The notes below the pieces were generated by a model. It had not been told where the DNA came from, did no database searches, and was given only the letters and a program-made list of their open reading frames with translations. The position numbers and the translations under genes were made by a program. DNA of 60,890 nucleotides, the filler included, from Asterionella formosa (Eukaryota), in the NCBI GenBank assembly GCA_002256025.1. It is 5 parts of 5 records of this genome, joined end to end, with 100 filler letters (N's around TTAATTAATTAA, not from the genome) between each part and the next. Parts side by side here need not be neighbours in the genome. Positions count along the whole stretch, not along the records: positions 12,215 to 24,324 come from NKIB01007852.1; positions 24,425 to 36,533 come from NKIB01007854.1; 3 more parts are not named here. One strand, 5' to 3'. This document shows positions 13,371 through 27,459 of this stretch, piece by piece. How positions within the stretch are numbered: the first letter of the stretch is position 1; each line of letters opens with the position of its first letter.

Positions 13371-14926
13371 ATGATACCATTTAAGCTGGTTCTGGTTTTG
13401 CTTCCATGTTCATTCATGGCTCTCCCGAAAGCTAGTTGCGCCCTGTCGACTGGCAATAACGAGGGATTCGTACCAGAAGTGGATTCGCAGCAGCAGGTAG
13501 AACGAGAAAGCTTCCATCAATGGAAGAAGTGGCGTCCAAACTCGTTCCCAAATCCAATACAAGACTCTGACGCGTGCAGTGGTGGATTAAATCACAGAAT
13601 TTGTGATCCAGATTCAGTTTTGAAGGAGCTGGAGCTTGTCGCGCTGTGGGAACGAATTCAACTCATTGAGCAAACTCAAGCGATCATTTGTCATGACAGC
13701 AACGAGCCTATTGAAGTTGGGATTGCTTTAGTTCAAAAGGTACGCCAGAGCAACAAATTAAACCACCTACCACATTGACGAATGAATTTTGAATCGTTGC
13801 GTCTAGTGGACTAACTAGATCATCAATATATTACCATCAGATGGACTTGGCTCCATATGGCTCGTTTAAAGACGAAGAAGCGAAAGCGGCGGAGTCGTTT
13901 GCCATCTACCTTCATGACGAATGGGGGGTGGGCAAGAAAACGTCATGCGGTGGAACGGGTATTTTCTTCTTCCTGTCCATACGTGATCGAGCCATGTTTC
14001 TTTCACGTGGAGGAGCTACCAAAAAAGTGTTGACCAACGGGAGACTGGATAGCATACTTGACACGGTTAGGTCCATGTTACGACTAGAAGACTACGGTGG
14101 AGCCATTTTAGAAGTTCTGGAGCAAATAGAACATTATATTGCCTTGGGAGAACCCACTGCAGAGGAAACTCGTCAAGAAATGCTGCAATGTGTTATCCCT
14201 CTTGCCATTTTTTTTGGAATTATTCTCCTCTTCGTGTTCAAGGAGCGTCATGATCGTCAGGAACACTTGATTTATGCCAAGGTCGAATCTCAGCTTAGTG
14301 AATTGGACCGTTCTCGTGCCGAAGCCCTTCAAGGACGGTACGATTGTACGTCGTGTCCTATTTGTTTGGAGGCCTTCCCTCCCGAACCTACACCAGGTCG
14401 AACCAAGAATGGCAGTGACATGCTACCGTTGAAACTATTGCGATGTGGACATGTCTTTGATGAAACCTGCTGGAATGAATGGATCAATAGCGGGCAAAGC
14501 ACTGTGCGTCGTTGTCCTATTTGCCAACAAGATGTAGGATTGTCGAAAGTCAATAATTCTGATACTGGTAGTTTGATCCAAAACAACAGGATGCAACAAG
14601 ATGACAACCAGATGCAACACGAAAACAATATGATGCAACAGCAAAACAACAACATGTATGAGAATCGCGTATTTCGTCAATACCTGCGAGAACGAAATTT
14701 TCGTCTAGCCCGCATGAGCGCTCAGTTTCCCCGATACGTTCGCCCAGAGCAGATTCAACGATGGACGACGGCGTCGACGTATGATGATACACTGTTGGCA
14801 CGTGACCCAACATTTGTCCAGTCGAATCCAAGACTTGTGCGGGCTTCAACGACTAGAATGACTACTTCCAGTATTCGTAGTTTTGGTGGTGGTTCCAGTG
14901 CTGGTGGGCGTGGAGGTCGCTGGTGA
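13371..14926 (+). CDS. Signal peptide + TPM (MOLO-1/Psb32-like) domain + TM helix + RING finger; exons 13371-13739, 13841-14926
   Basis: FPNP...ICDPDSVL, FAIYLHDEWGVG, GIFFFLSIRDR, TM VIPLAIFFGIILLFVF, RING CPICLE...CGHVFDETCWNEW...CPIC, tail SFGGGSSAGGRGGRW; intron 13740-13840. Confidence 0.85.
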
Positions 14927-17400
14927 GGCAAACTTTCTGCAGTCGATATTTCGTTGGTATTGGTGTGCAAATTCCTGTTTAGATGGCATCATCATCAGGT
15001 GGGTCTACTTAATTTTATGTCTATGTTACATTTGATGAAGTCGAATGGACATTTGATGCTGGTAGCTACAAGAATGATGAAGTGGAAGGGGGAAAGGGGT
15101 GTGGGGTGTTTTATTTTCTTCAGTAGTAGGCTTCTATGTAGCCCCTTTCCAACTACCATAGACGATCTTGTCCGGTGAACATATGTAGGACAGAATGCAA
15201 AAAATCAAATACTACTGTTGCATATTGTTTCAATAAGCGAAATCTTAACAGATGAAAATTTTCATCTTTTCATTGAATTTTGTTGCTCAACCCAATTTTT
15301 TGTATCTTGTTCCTCCATATTTTGTGTATTTGGGAGTAACACCTTTTATGTCTCTTGGAAATGTGTATCTTTCTTTTGTGTAGTTTCCAGAAACAGCATT
15401 ATGAAACGCTATTTTAATAAATTTACTTATCTCATGTAGTAATTCTAATCTTATCAACAACGACATTCTTTCTATTCCAAAACAAAATGATTTCTGGGAG
15501 GAGCCATGGCAGTGACTTTTTTAATCCCTACACATGTAATTATGCTTCATCTCTTCTCAACAAATGCAATACGGCATTTGTTCCTTAATGTAGTTCCTTT
15601 TCATGGCTTCATATGATTCTTCTGACAATGACTCTCGCCCTACACTTGATGATCCATGAGTTGCAATAACCAGCTCTGGAGAGTTTTGATAGACAATGAT
15701 GGGGAATCGACCATGATTAAGACTTCGGTAACTTGGGTTTTCTACATTGTCTCTGGATACAGAAACAAACCAAGGCTACTACGACTTTTGATCATCGAAA
15801 TGTGATTGGATACAACAAGAAACAATCACTAAAAATGGATGTTGCTGTTTCCTTTTTGCAAGACATCAGGCAGTTCATCCTCACTGATTATATCTCTTCA
15901 TTTGTTTCTGGAAATTTCGTTGATAATGCAGTGCAAGAGTTCACAGCATCATGGAAAATTTGGGAAATATCAAAACAGTTGAAAACGCCATACTATGTTG
16001 TAGGACAAGAATGTGCTTTGTCATGCCGGAATAAAAGCCATAGGTTCATTTTTTTCCTGTTATGGCGTGATGATTATATATTGGAGACAAAGTTGTATTG
16101 GTATCGAATGCCTCAGTGTGTTGATAAGCGACTGTGGTGAAACCCACTAGACAGTGTAATAGGCGATGCTCTGTTCACGTGGTTGTACTGGTGTGTGCTG
16201 GTGGGCGAATCATTATCCCAGACGGCGGTCTGGGAGATGTTCTAATTGCTATCTAGGGATTGAATATATATGTTATAGATGATAAAAGCGTAAAATATTG
16301 AAGTGAACGGCTTTGGTGCCTTGACATGGTCGAATTCCCTCGACTCCACAAAACAATGAGAGATGACTATATTTGAATTGTCTCCATACTATGCATAAAA
16401 CCGTTTCTTGCCTCTTGGAATATTCTTCCCCATCACAACCACTTCCCCTCCTCTTTGTTGGACTTAGATGTGACATACAAATACTTGTCAGCTTTTACTT
16501 TGGAGCAGCATGCTCACCTGCACCTGCCTATATCCTTCTCGTTTGTTGCTCCCTCTCACCAAAAAGCAATACATACTAGAGATGTGTATGCTGAAACATT
16601 AATTGCCCCTACTGGTGATCTAGCTAGTACCAGGAGATTTTGGTAATAAAACGGAACAAATATGTACAAATTAGAGAAGGGCAAGAGGGGGATTAGTTTC
16701 GATTTGTACAAGAAAATTAATTCCTGGTTGATTGCAGGTGGTTCTTCACAGGCTAGCTTTGCATAGGTGTTGATGCCTGACATGCAACCTGCTTGATGTG
16801 CCGTGTTGACAGCACAGATAGTGTCTGCATTAAACAATTGATATGGAGTGTTGACAGTGTGGGTATTCACTTCTCTTATATGAAGAATGATCTGGATAGA
16901 TCAAAAAACTACAAGCCCAGGTATGTGTATGCAAATGCTGAGGACTTTGCTGTGTTGTCCAATCACCAAATGCTTGTTTGAGTACATGTTATTTATGAAC
17001 CCATGCATAAGAGATGAAAAGATTGGATGTTTGAACAGAACATCGAGGTCGCCTGCAACAAAATGTATATATGCTGCTCTTGAGCAATGCAAGGACCGCC
17101 GCCTTGGCATTTCATCTGTGACTGCTTAATCTAGTAGGAAGATATGTTGTGTAAATCTGAAGTTGAACACTGCTTTGAGACAAATGCATCATGAGCAAAA
17201 GGTTCTAAGCAGTTGTGGCTACTAGTTCTGCAAATCATATTCCATATATTGATTGTGATCCAAGCAATGATGGATATTGCCAATGTCTTTGCAAGATGGT
17301 GAAGCATCAGCAAATTTGCAAGAAGTCTAAAGGTTCATTCACTTCTTTCTATCCAAATAATTGAATAATAACCATATGCTTTTACATTTCTTGCATATAC

Positions 17401-17802
17401 TTTATCACTATGGATTGGTGCTCTACCCTGCAATATATGAAGTCAATTAATATAGTAGGCATAGTGTACTGGCTACATACTACCACATCGCTTGCTTGGT
17501 GCATTACAAGTATATTTGTAGCAACAGTTTTATCACTATGGATTGGTGCTCTACCCTGCAATATATGAAATCAATTAATACAGGCATAGTGTCCTGGGTA
17601 TAAACTACCACATCGCTTGCTTGGTGCACTACAAGTATAGTCGTTTCAACAGTTTTATCACTATGGATTGGTGCTCTACCCTGCAATATACGAAGTCAAT
17701 TGATATACCGGTAGGCATACCGGTAGTGTACTGGCTATTTATATTTATGCTACCACATCGTCGCTTGCTTGGTGCAGTACAAGTAAAGTCGTAGCAACAG
17801 TT
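17401..17802. repeat. Three tandem copies of an approximately 125-150 bp unit
   Basis: Each copy starts TTTATCACTATGGATTGGTGCTCTACCCTGCAATATA (about 17401, 17529, 17654). Confidence 0.92.
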
Positions 17803-18355
17803 TGCTAGCTAAACAACCTGGTACCCTGGTACCAGTATACCGCGATACCAGTGCCAGTATTTTTAAATTGTTACCATCCCGGTAGACTACCGTATACTCC
17901 GAGTATGTCATTGTGGCTGCTACCGGTAGTCTACCTCATGCTCAAAGCAGGTACATACCGGTGTACCGGCATTTAATGCACATATATGTTATAGTCTATT
18001 TTCGCACTTAGAATAACAAAAACCTTGGCTTTCAACATGTGGGAAAAATCGTCCACATATTTCCGTCGTCGTACCTGGTACCTGTTCTGGGATTGTTTAC
18101 TACGACAACGACCTCTTAAAATTCTTGGAAAGCTTCAACGAAACAAATGCCAGTTTTCGCTCAATCGAAATACCGGTACCTAGTACCCTGGTACTGTACT
18201 AACTATTATATGTATGTAGGGCGGAAAGCAATTAATAAATGCCTACTGGTACCAGGTACTGTATACCGGTACTCCTGAGAAATACTCGATGGACGATGAC
18301 CGAATCCCGGACTATTGTACCCTCGCGTGAACAAAGTCACATGACCCTGCTTTAG

Positions 18356-19818
<1,463 letters not shown>

Positions 19819-21462
19819 GCAAGTAACCGCTCGACGATCTTGTGCTCGACTACCGTATTTTTGCTTGATAATAAAATAATAAATGGATTGTAGAAATTTC
19901 TCAAAAAATGAAACAAACCCAACACAGGTTTATAGCAATTGTAAATGAATCCAGGTACCGTCAATCGACAATCTAAACAAGTGATATAGTCCAAGAAAAA
20001 GGAAAGTTAGAAAAAATGCTGTCCTACACAAGGTGCAGGTCATTGGTTATTGTCTCTGCAAGTAAATAATACATTTCCATACCAGTATACTTATTGATTG
20101 AATCAAGGCTACAGGTAAAAAAAGGGTAGTACATGATAGCTGCCAAAATTTTAACTGAAACAGTGAGGCCCAGACCGCTTTTTCCGTTTCTTTTCCTCCA
20201 ATTTCGATAAGTACATACCAATAGTCCATTTGAGACCAAATGAATGCAATAATAAAATCATTTGAACGCAATGGTTCCATGAAGCTGAGAAAGGAACATC
20301 TTTTCGATTGTTGAGCAATGTTGCAAGTTTTCTCAAGCTATGATGACAGCTATTCAAACCTAACTTCTTCATGAAAAACACATCTTCATTCAGCAATTTG
20401 TTGAATGAATTACAGTCGATAAAGTGGTCCCTCTTCTGCTGTTCAGGTGGTTGTTGTTGTTGTTGTTATTGTTGTTGTTGTTGTGTTTATTGCTTGATGA
20501 GTACAACTACAGGACAAAGTTGAAAAATAATATGCTTGCTATACAGAAATCAAACCAAATACATGCCACCTCACTTCTAAAAGTTTTGAAACAACATATA
20601 TAGGTGGAATAAAGTAGAATTACTTTTGAAACGAAAAAATAGCAAAAACACTACCTAATCACTATTAGATTTAAAATATTTAGAATTAGCTAGGTTTGAA
20701 AGCACTGTACACTTCATGGGGGTCCTTGTTTTTCAAAGGGATCGAACCGCCCCCTTCAAACAACAGTCAGGAAGTTCCTTCCGAACAAAGTTCCCCAATG
20801 AACCACAAAAAAATCTGATCAAAAACATGGAGATTGTGTGCTCTTGAAAAAGGGTTATGTCGTCATCCTTCAATATGGTGCAAATGAAATCATGATCCTT
20901 CAAAAACTTATCCTTCAAGAACTCTTTGACTTCATCCCATCAGCACCACTGACATACAGGGCAACCAAAATCACAGCTTTTGCCGAAGATGCGATCCTCA
21001 CATCCCTGCTCCACTTCCGACTCTACTATTAACTGGTCTTGACATGTTGTTGGACATGTATCATGACTGTAGTCGAATTGGCTGTTGCCATGGTCATCAT
21101 GATGATGTGTAATATCACTCATGCTTGTTGATTAATGCATTTTCGGATTATTTTATCATCAAAAAATATTTGCGAAGCTGCTGGGTTGTATTGCACATAT
21201 TTGTTGATCGGAGTATAGAATATAGATACATTGAGCAATGAAGAATGTATACATCTTTAGCCAATTCGAGGAGGAATCTATGTACACACAAGCGCAAATT
21301 TCCACTTAATAAGAAAATTCAAACGGAATCATTGTGATTTATATTTTATAGCACATAAACGTTCCCATTTCCACGGAATTTCTGCAACCCTAATTTAAAT
21401 GTTAATTTTTGCCTATGTAGGGTTTCAAATGCAGCAAAAACATAATTTCCATAAAGAAAATA

Positions 21463-21565
21463 GGAAAATGATATTTCGTCCCCCTAACCCTACATAGACT
21501 CTTCTAAGCTAACATAGCATCTGTGGATAAGGGTTGTGTTGGGGGACGAAATATCCTCATTTCCC
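21463..21565. repeat. Short inverted repeat upstream of the nucleoporin gene
   Basis: GATATTTCGTCCCCC (21470-21484) and GGGGGACGAAATATC (21541-21555) form a perfect 15-bp inverted pair. Confidence 0.75.
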
Positions 21566-21719
21566 AAAAAATAATAAAAGCAGAAATATATGTAGTATAA
21601 GGTAATAGTAAATAATATACCCGTACTATATCATCAGCACCGCTGATGGTTCAACGATTGTTGACAATCAGGTTGCAATCGCGTCTCCCCTCATTGATCC
21701 AGCACACAGCCACTCCAGG

Positions 21720-24324
21720 ATGACCGTTCCACTGGAAGAATCCTTGTCGTTTTCTATTTTAAGTACAGCTCGGAATGAAACTCTCTTCATCAGCGCCGTT
21801 CGGCCGGTGGGATCTGCTTTGAACCACGTGGTTGCACCTCGCGAGACGACTGGCCTAGCCTACGTCGTGACTCGAGGAAACGAGCTGTCTTGTGTCGAAA
21901 TATCAGTATCCAACGCAATCACGATAAAACAGACCGTGGCTGTGAGAGAAGCAATTGCACATTTGGCCTGCAACGCCGATGGACGAATTGTCGCGGTGGC
22001 ATGCACAGATGGAAGCCTGCACTGTTACGATGTCACAACAACGAGTGGATTCCGCAAACGATGGACAATGGAAAATGTCCATAGTCACGTGGTGAGCAAC
22101 ATCGCGGACAGTTGTTCGGAAAGCCGGGATTACGCTGCAGGAGGAGCGGGACCAATTAGGTCGCTGGGATTTTCGAAAACAAACCACTTGCTCGTGGCCG
22201 ATAGTAAGCTGTGCACAATCAGGGTGTATGATGCAGCGTCTATTGCACCTACTGACACTGCGACAAGTTTGAAAGGCATTAAAGTCAGTTCAGCGTCTTG
22301 GTCTCCAGACGGAGCAGCCATTGTCGTTGGAGATGTGGATGGATCCTTACACCTATACAGTTTCGTATTGGGAGAGTTTACTCGTCAGACTGTGCTTCCG
22401 TGTCCCATTGAAGAAGACATGGGCTATTCTTGCACGCACCTGCATTGGTGCTTACCTAAAGATTTATGTGTTGGATTTTGTAAGACAACAGAGGAGGATG
22501 AACAAGACGCTGATGATGATGACGATGCAGCCAACCATCAGGCAAATTTGTTCATGGTGACCCTGAATGATTTTTCTGCAGTTAACTGGACTGAACTGGG
22601 AGACGTGGTTCCATTTTTCTCTGTGCCAAAGTACGGCCGACATGCATTCTACAGCTGCTATATGGTTGCCAAAGACAAAACCTCGATACTCTTGGTAGCA
22701 GCCAATGTTGGAAGTGACGTTAGGGTCGTGACGAAGGAAGGAAATGGGGATTGGCAACTCTCGGAGCTCCAAGAAGGATCGAACGCGATGACACCAACAG
22801 ATGATGATGATGAGTATGCATACCCACTTGGCATGGCTGCATTGCAAGTAAATGAAAAGCAGCAAGGGCTATTGCTGGCGTCCACTGATGGGACCCTTAC
22901 TTTGTTTGATATTTGCAACAACAACAACGATAATTTCTTTGCATCATCAAATTCAGGCCCCATTGGATTGAATGGAGTTGGAAATACAACAGTATCGATC
23001 AGCGCAGCAACAGTTAACCTCGATCCTGCAATGCTTGAAACTTGTGAACCATTCAAAAGTGAAACCAAGCTCGTTTTTGGTGCACCTACTGCCACAAATC
23101 CATTTGGAGTTGGCGCAACACCTGCATTTGGATCCACCGTAAACCCTTTTGGAACCACCGAGAATAAGCCAGTCTTTGGTGCTAAAGCCACCCCAAACCT
23201 TTTTGCGAGCAATATCATCGTGCCTGCATTCGGTGGAATTACTGGCAGTGTTCAGTTTGGAGAATCATCCGCCCTCGGATCCTCATCTGCGGTTCCAGTA
23301 ACTGCAAATATGGGCTTTCAATTTGGAACCACATCTAGCTTTGGAAGCTTAGGAACATCTGCAGTACCAGCTCTCGGTATAAGCGGCCTTCCATTTGGAA
23401 ACTCATCGACCGGTAGATTACATTCTACAGATCCAGCCCCTGCTACGGGCACCATTCAGTTTGGAGCCCCATCCACCTTAGGGATCTCTTCTGCGGTTCC
23501 ATCCTCTGTTTCTCAAGAGAAGCCCAATATATTCGGGCAAGGTTCGTCCTTTGGATCAGGCAAAAATGCGCCGATCTTCGGTTCAGCTGCGTCGTTTGGA
23601 ACATCAGGATTTGGGAATATTTCTTCTAATCCAGCCACGATCGGTTTCGAAGCACCTGTATTATCATCCCGCTTTGACACATTTTCTCATTCGGCTTCGG
23701 GTCCTGCTAACCGACAATTGTCCTCAATGACTCAACCTCTTTTTGGTAAAAGAGACGAACCAAAAGCGAAAGATATACAAACACCGACGGCAACCTCAAT
23801 CACATCAACAATTGCACCTAGCAATACTATGCGTGAATACATCAATGATCCAATAAATCCACATCGAGATCGTCTTGTTGCTCTGTTTCAAAAGTACAAC
23901 AGTGATAAACTCTCGGATGTTGATCTTCTCCTTGAAAAGTATAAGGGCAATGAAGATGTACTGTTTATAAAAATTGAAAACAAATATAAGTCGCCAAATA
24001 AGATTGCGCCAAGTGAGAACCCCAAAAAGGAAAAATTAGTTGAGCTTTTCCAAAAATATAACAGTACCAAGCTCAATGATGTCGACTACCTTCTTGAAAA
24101 ATACAAAGGACGTGAAGATATTTTGATCACAAAAATCCTCGACAAGTATGCCAAGTCAACAAATCAATTCCATGAATATTCTGATTCAAATCTTGTTTAT
24201 CAAGAACGACTGATTCGTCTCTTCCAACAGCACAATCCAGAAAAACTCGGTGATGTTGACATGCTCCTTGAGAAGTACAAGGGGCGTGAGGATATTCTCT
24301 TCAAAAAGATTGAAGATAAGTATG
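21720..24324 (+). CDS. Nup214/Nup159-like FG nucleoporin, 3' truncated by contig end
   Basis: N-terminal WD40-like region (ACNADGRIVAVACTDGSLH, WSPDGAAIVVGDVDGSL), then a low-complexity FG-rich region, then three helical repeats. Confidence 0.7.
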
Positions 24325-24424
24325 NNNNNNNNNNNNNNNNNNNNNNNNNNNNNNNNNNNNNNNNNNNNTTAATTAATTAANNNNNNNNNNNNNNNNNNNN
24401 NNNNNNNNNNNNNNNNNNNNNNNN
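24325..24424. other. Artificial contig linker
   Basis: N44-TTAATTAATTAA-N44. Confidence 0.98.
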
Positions 24425-26426
24425 AAGGTGTACAGAAGTCAGTCTACTTAAAGTTCCTGCATTTGGGAGGCAGCAGCTACGTCATCGTTGCTGGATTCAT
24501 GTGTACATACTGTAGAGCATTCATTTTTTCCTGGTTACAACGTGTACCGTATATGATTTTTGCATGCATAAAATCAAACCATGCATGTCATGCATGTTTC
24601 AGAAAACGTACAGACAGCGTAAGCGGGGTGGTACCTGGTACCTGGTGCAGGTACTTTTCTTCTTGTACCGGTCGACGACTAGACTACTGGTACCATGTGT
24701 ACCTGGTAGCAGATATAGACATGGAGCTGTCGTCCTTGTTGTCAAACAGCTGAAAATTATGCCCCGGTGTCGTCTACGGGAATGTCATGTTATTTAAGGA
24801 ATTTTGTTTTTCTTTTCTTGACAAATCTCTTTAGTCGAATATTTCAACTTTTCACAACCCCCCTCCTTTGATGGCGGACCCGCTGAAGTGACCTGGTAGG
24901 AGTACCAGGTACCCTAGCTACCTGCCTGGTCTGGTAACTGGTACCATCATAATGGTGACTTGCTTGCTGTTTTGTTGCAACAAATTGATAGTTCCATCAT
25001 GGTTGCTCTTGCAAATGATAACAAACAATACAGCTACTGTTATGAATCCAGGAGCAGTAGATGCATTGATCAACACTTTAAAGTCTGTTTTTGTTAATTC
25101 AATTTCTATGAACATATAGAGTGAATAGGTTTTCCTTCTAACAAATGGCTGGAGGCATTGGAAGATCGTTGAATATGGCAGGCTGGACAGTTCATGAAAC
25201 AGCAGGCTAATTTGCTTCCAAGTGTATCCACTTGCACCTAACAGCCTCCTTCCTATAACGCAATCCCAAATCGCTGCTCCAATCTCCGAACATGATGATG
25301 GATAAAAGATACACCCAAGACTCAATTGCCAAGATGCCCCTATGTGACAATGACATTTTCGAAAGGATCCACCAGATGTACTAACTTTCGTAATAAAGAC
25401 TTTAAATGGTAATCACTTTAGATTTGAGGTCTGATGCACACAAACTGCAACCTCTAGGAACAGTTACCAGTTAATGTCATTTTTCAGAAGTCAAAATTGT
25501 GCAGTTGGCTACTGAGGAGTAATTTTCCATTAGCATGATGGAGTAGGAGAGAAACTATTTATTTATCCATATTTATTTATTTATGGCAACTTTTACAATG
25601 CTATTGCCCTGTCATCCAAATCCTATCCATAATGACAAGTGCTCCATGTGTATTTAGTTGGGCCCCAAAACCTAAGTCAAACAACTTTTTTGAATGGAAT
25701 TTCTTATCACCTTGAGGTGAAATCTCCCTTTCAACCGGTTTCCCAATCAGGGTTATCAACCCCTGATGTTAAGTACAATGAAATGCCAGAACATCTACTG
25801 TGCCCTGATCCTGAGAATGTTGACTGGTATGACATGTGGTGCACTGGAATGCCATGCAGTTCCTATAAGTCAATGACCCAAAGGTAGTCATCACGTTTTG
25901 TCTTTGTTAAACATTCATCATGATTAGTAAAAATTGAGCATCATAATCCTCTTCCAGGGAACAAACCAACTTCTGGATAGGATAATGCAACTACACAAAG
26001 TTCAGTGTCCAGAGCATCCAATGGCATCTACACTCAACCAACTATGTACCAGTCATGTATAGAAAAGCAAATTCATTTGCTGTGGTCACTTTTAAACTTG
26101 TCTAAGACCAGAATTTATCATTTATAACTGTGCAAGAAATCACTTTATTCAGTTGAAACTTACTTTCTTTTTAAAATAATTCAGCACAGTCTGGTAAATG
26201 TATTTTCCATTCCCATCACCGTCCACTCTCGAATGATTCAATTTTTTTCAGATCGTCACTCCATCATCAGTGATTTGTAAGACTAGTAATGGTACTGCGT
26301 ACATCTCTTTGTTTTTCATAATTCGAATTATTTCCTTGTGGACTACCAGGTACGGCGGTACAACACGAAAGAGAAAGCAGACAGGTAATCGTTGACTGAA
26401 ATGTCAGTGTAGAGTACGAATATTAC

Positions 26427-26807
26427 CTACTTACTTTCAGGACCGGGATTGTTAGAGGATTCCTTTCCGATTAATTCAGTACGACCCTCATCATCAGTCG
26501 CATCAAAGTTAAATTTGGACATGAGAGAATTTATCGACGATTCTTCGAATGTAGAAAGCTCCTTGCTGTCGCCTTCGTCTTCAATATCACCAATTTCAGT
26601 GCATTTGTATTGCCAAATGTTTGTAAAGAACCCAGTTCCGCATAATGCTTCATTCTTGGATTGAAGAGCATTAGCAGGCGCCACGAGTCCAAACGTAGTT
26701 GCTTGCGCGAGAAACACTCGCCGAGACGATGCCGTCGAAAGCAATGCCAAAGAGTTAACAGTAGGCCAAAACCAAAAGTTTAGCACAAGGAAGAATGCCC
26801 TACTCAT
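26427..26807 (-). CDS. Small plastid protein, probably thylakoid-lumen (Tat) targeted, unknown function
   Basis: Signal peptide MSRAFFLVLNFWFWPTVNS, twin-arginine SRRVFL, hydrophobic stretch, A-N-A cleavage site; two Cys in the mature part. Confidence 0.7.
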   Translation of the reverse strand: MSRAFFLVLNFWFWPTVNSLALLSTASSRRVFLAQATTFGLVAPANALQSKNEALCGTGFFTNIWQYKCTEIGDIEDEGDSKELSTFEESSINSLMSKFNFDATDDEGRTELIGKESSNNPGPESK

Positions 26808-27459
26808 ATTTTCAGATTTGAAAGGGAGAGGTTGAATCAAACCAAAATATGATAGTATTCCTGGTACCCGGTCTTCCGCTGCCGATGATACAGTCTAATA
26901 CATTGAAGAAACGAAATATTTCAGTGTATTCCTCATACCGGTATATCACTTCGCCTTACATTTTTAGACATACAAAATCTCCGGCTTGCTTCTGCATCTT
27001 GTTTGCAATGTTCATAGCTAATATTTGGTACCAAGCAATACAAATTTGGTAATACAAATAGCGCTAAACTCATCCGCAAATAGACTCCTAGTAGACTAAA
27101 TATGTACACTACTGCCAAACTGGTACATACCGTTCCGGGTACGTTTATTCGTAGTCATTTTTGACAGATTGTTTTTAAGTACCGATACCGGTAGCCTATG
27201 TATAGACCTAGAGACGACCTGGTACCAAATGTTTGTCTCCGCTACATCCATACCTGTGGTAATGTATTAGTTTGCCATCAGGTATCCCATCTTCAGCTAA
27301 GCTCACATTTGGGCCATGGCTGCAAGAGTAAACTGCTTCAGCACAAGGGACAGGATCATTATGAGGCATAACGCTAAACGACCAACAGAGCTCCTCGATG
27401 GCATCAATATAGGACTTGCGCTGATTTATTTACTTAAACTGCTACTAGGAGTCCTCAAC

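Noticed and set aside
15400..17330. Cluster of short ORFs
   Set aside because: Broken frames with no identifiable family
17401..17802. CRISPR-like array
   Set aside because: Whole units are homologous with no unique spacers; eukaryotic context and no cas genes
20000..21130. Minus-strand ORF fragments
   Set aside because: Degenerate with no assignable domain
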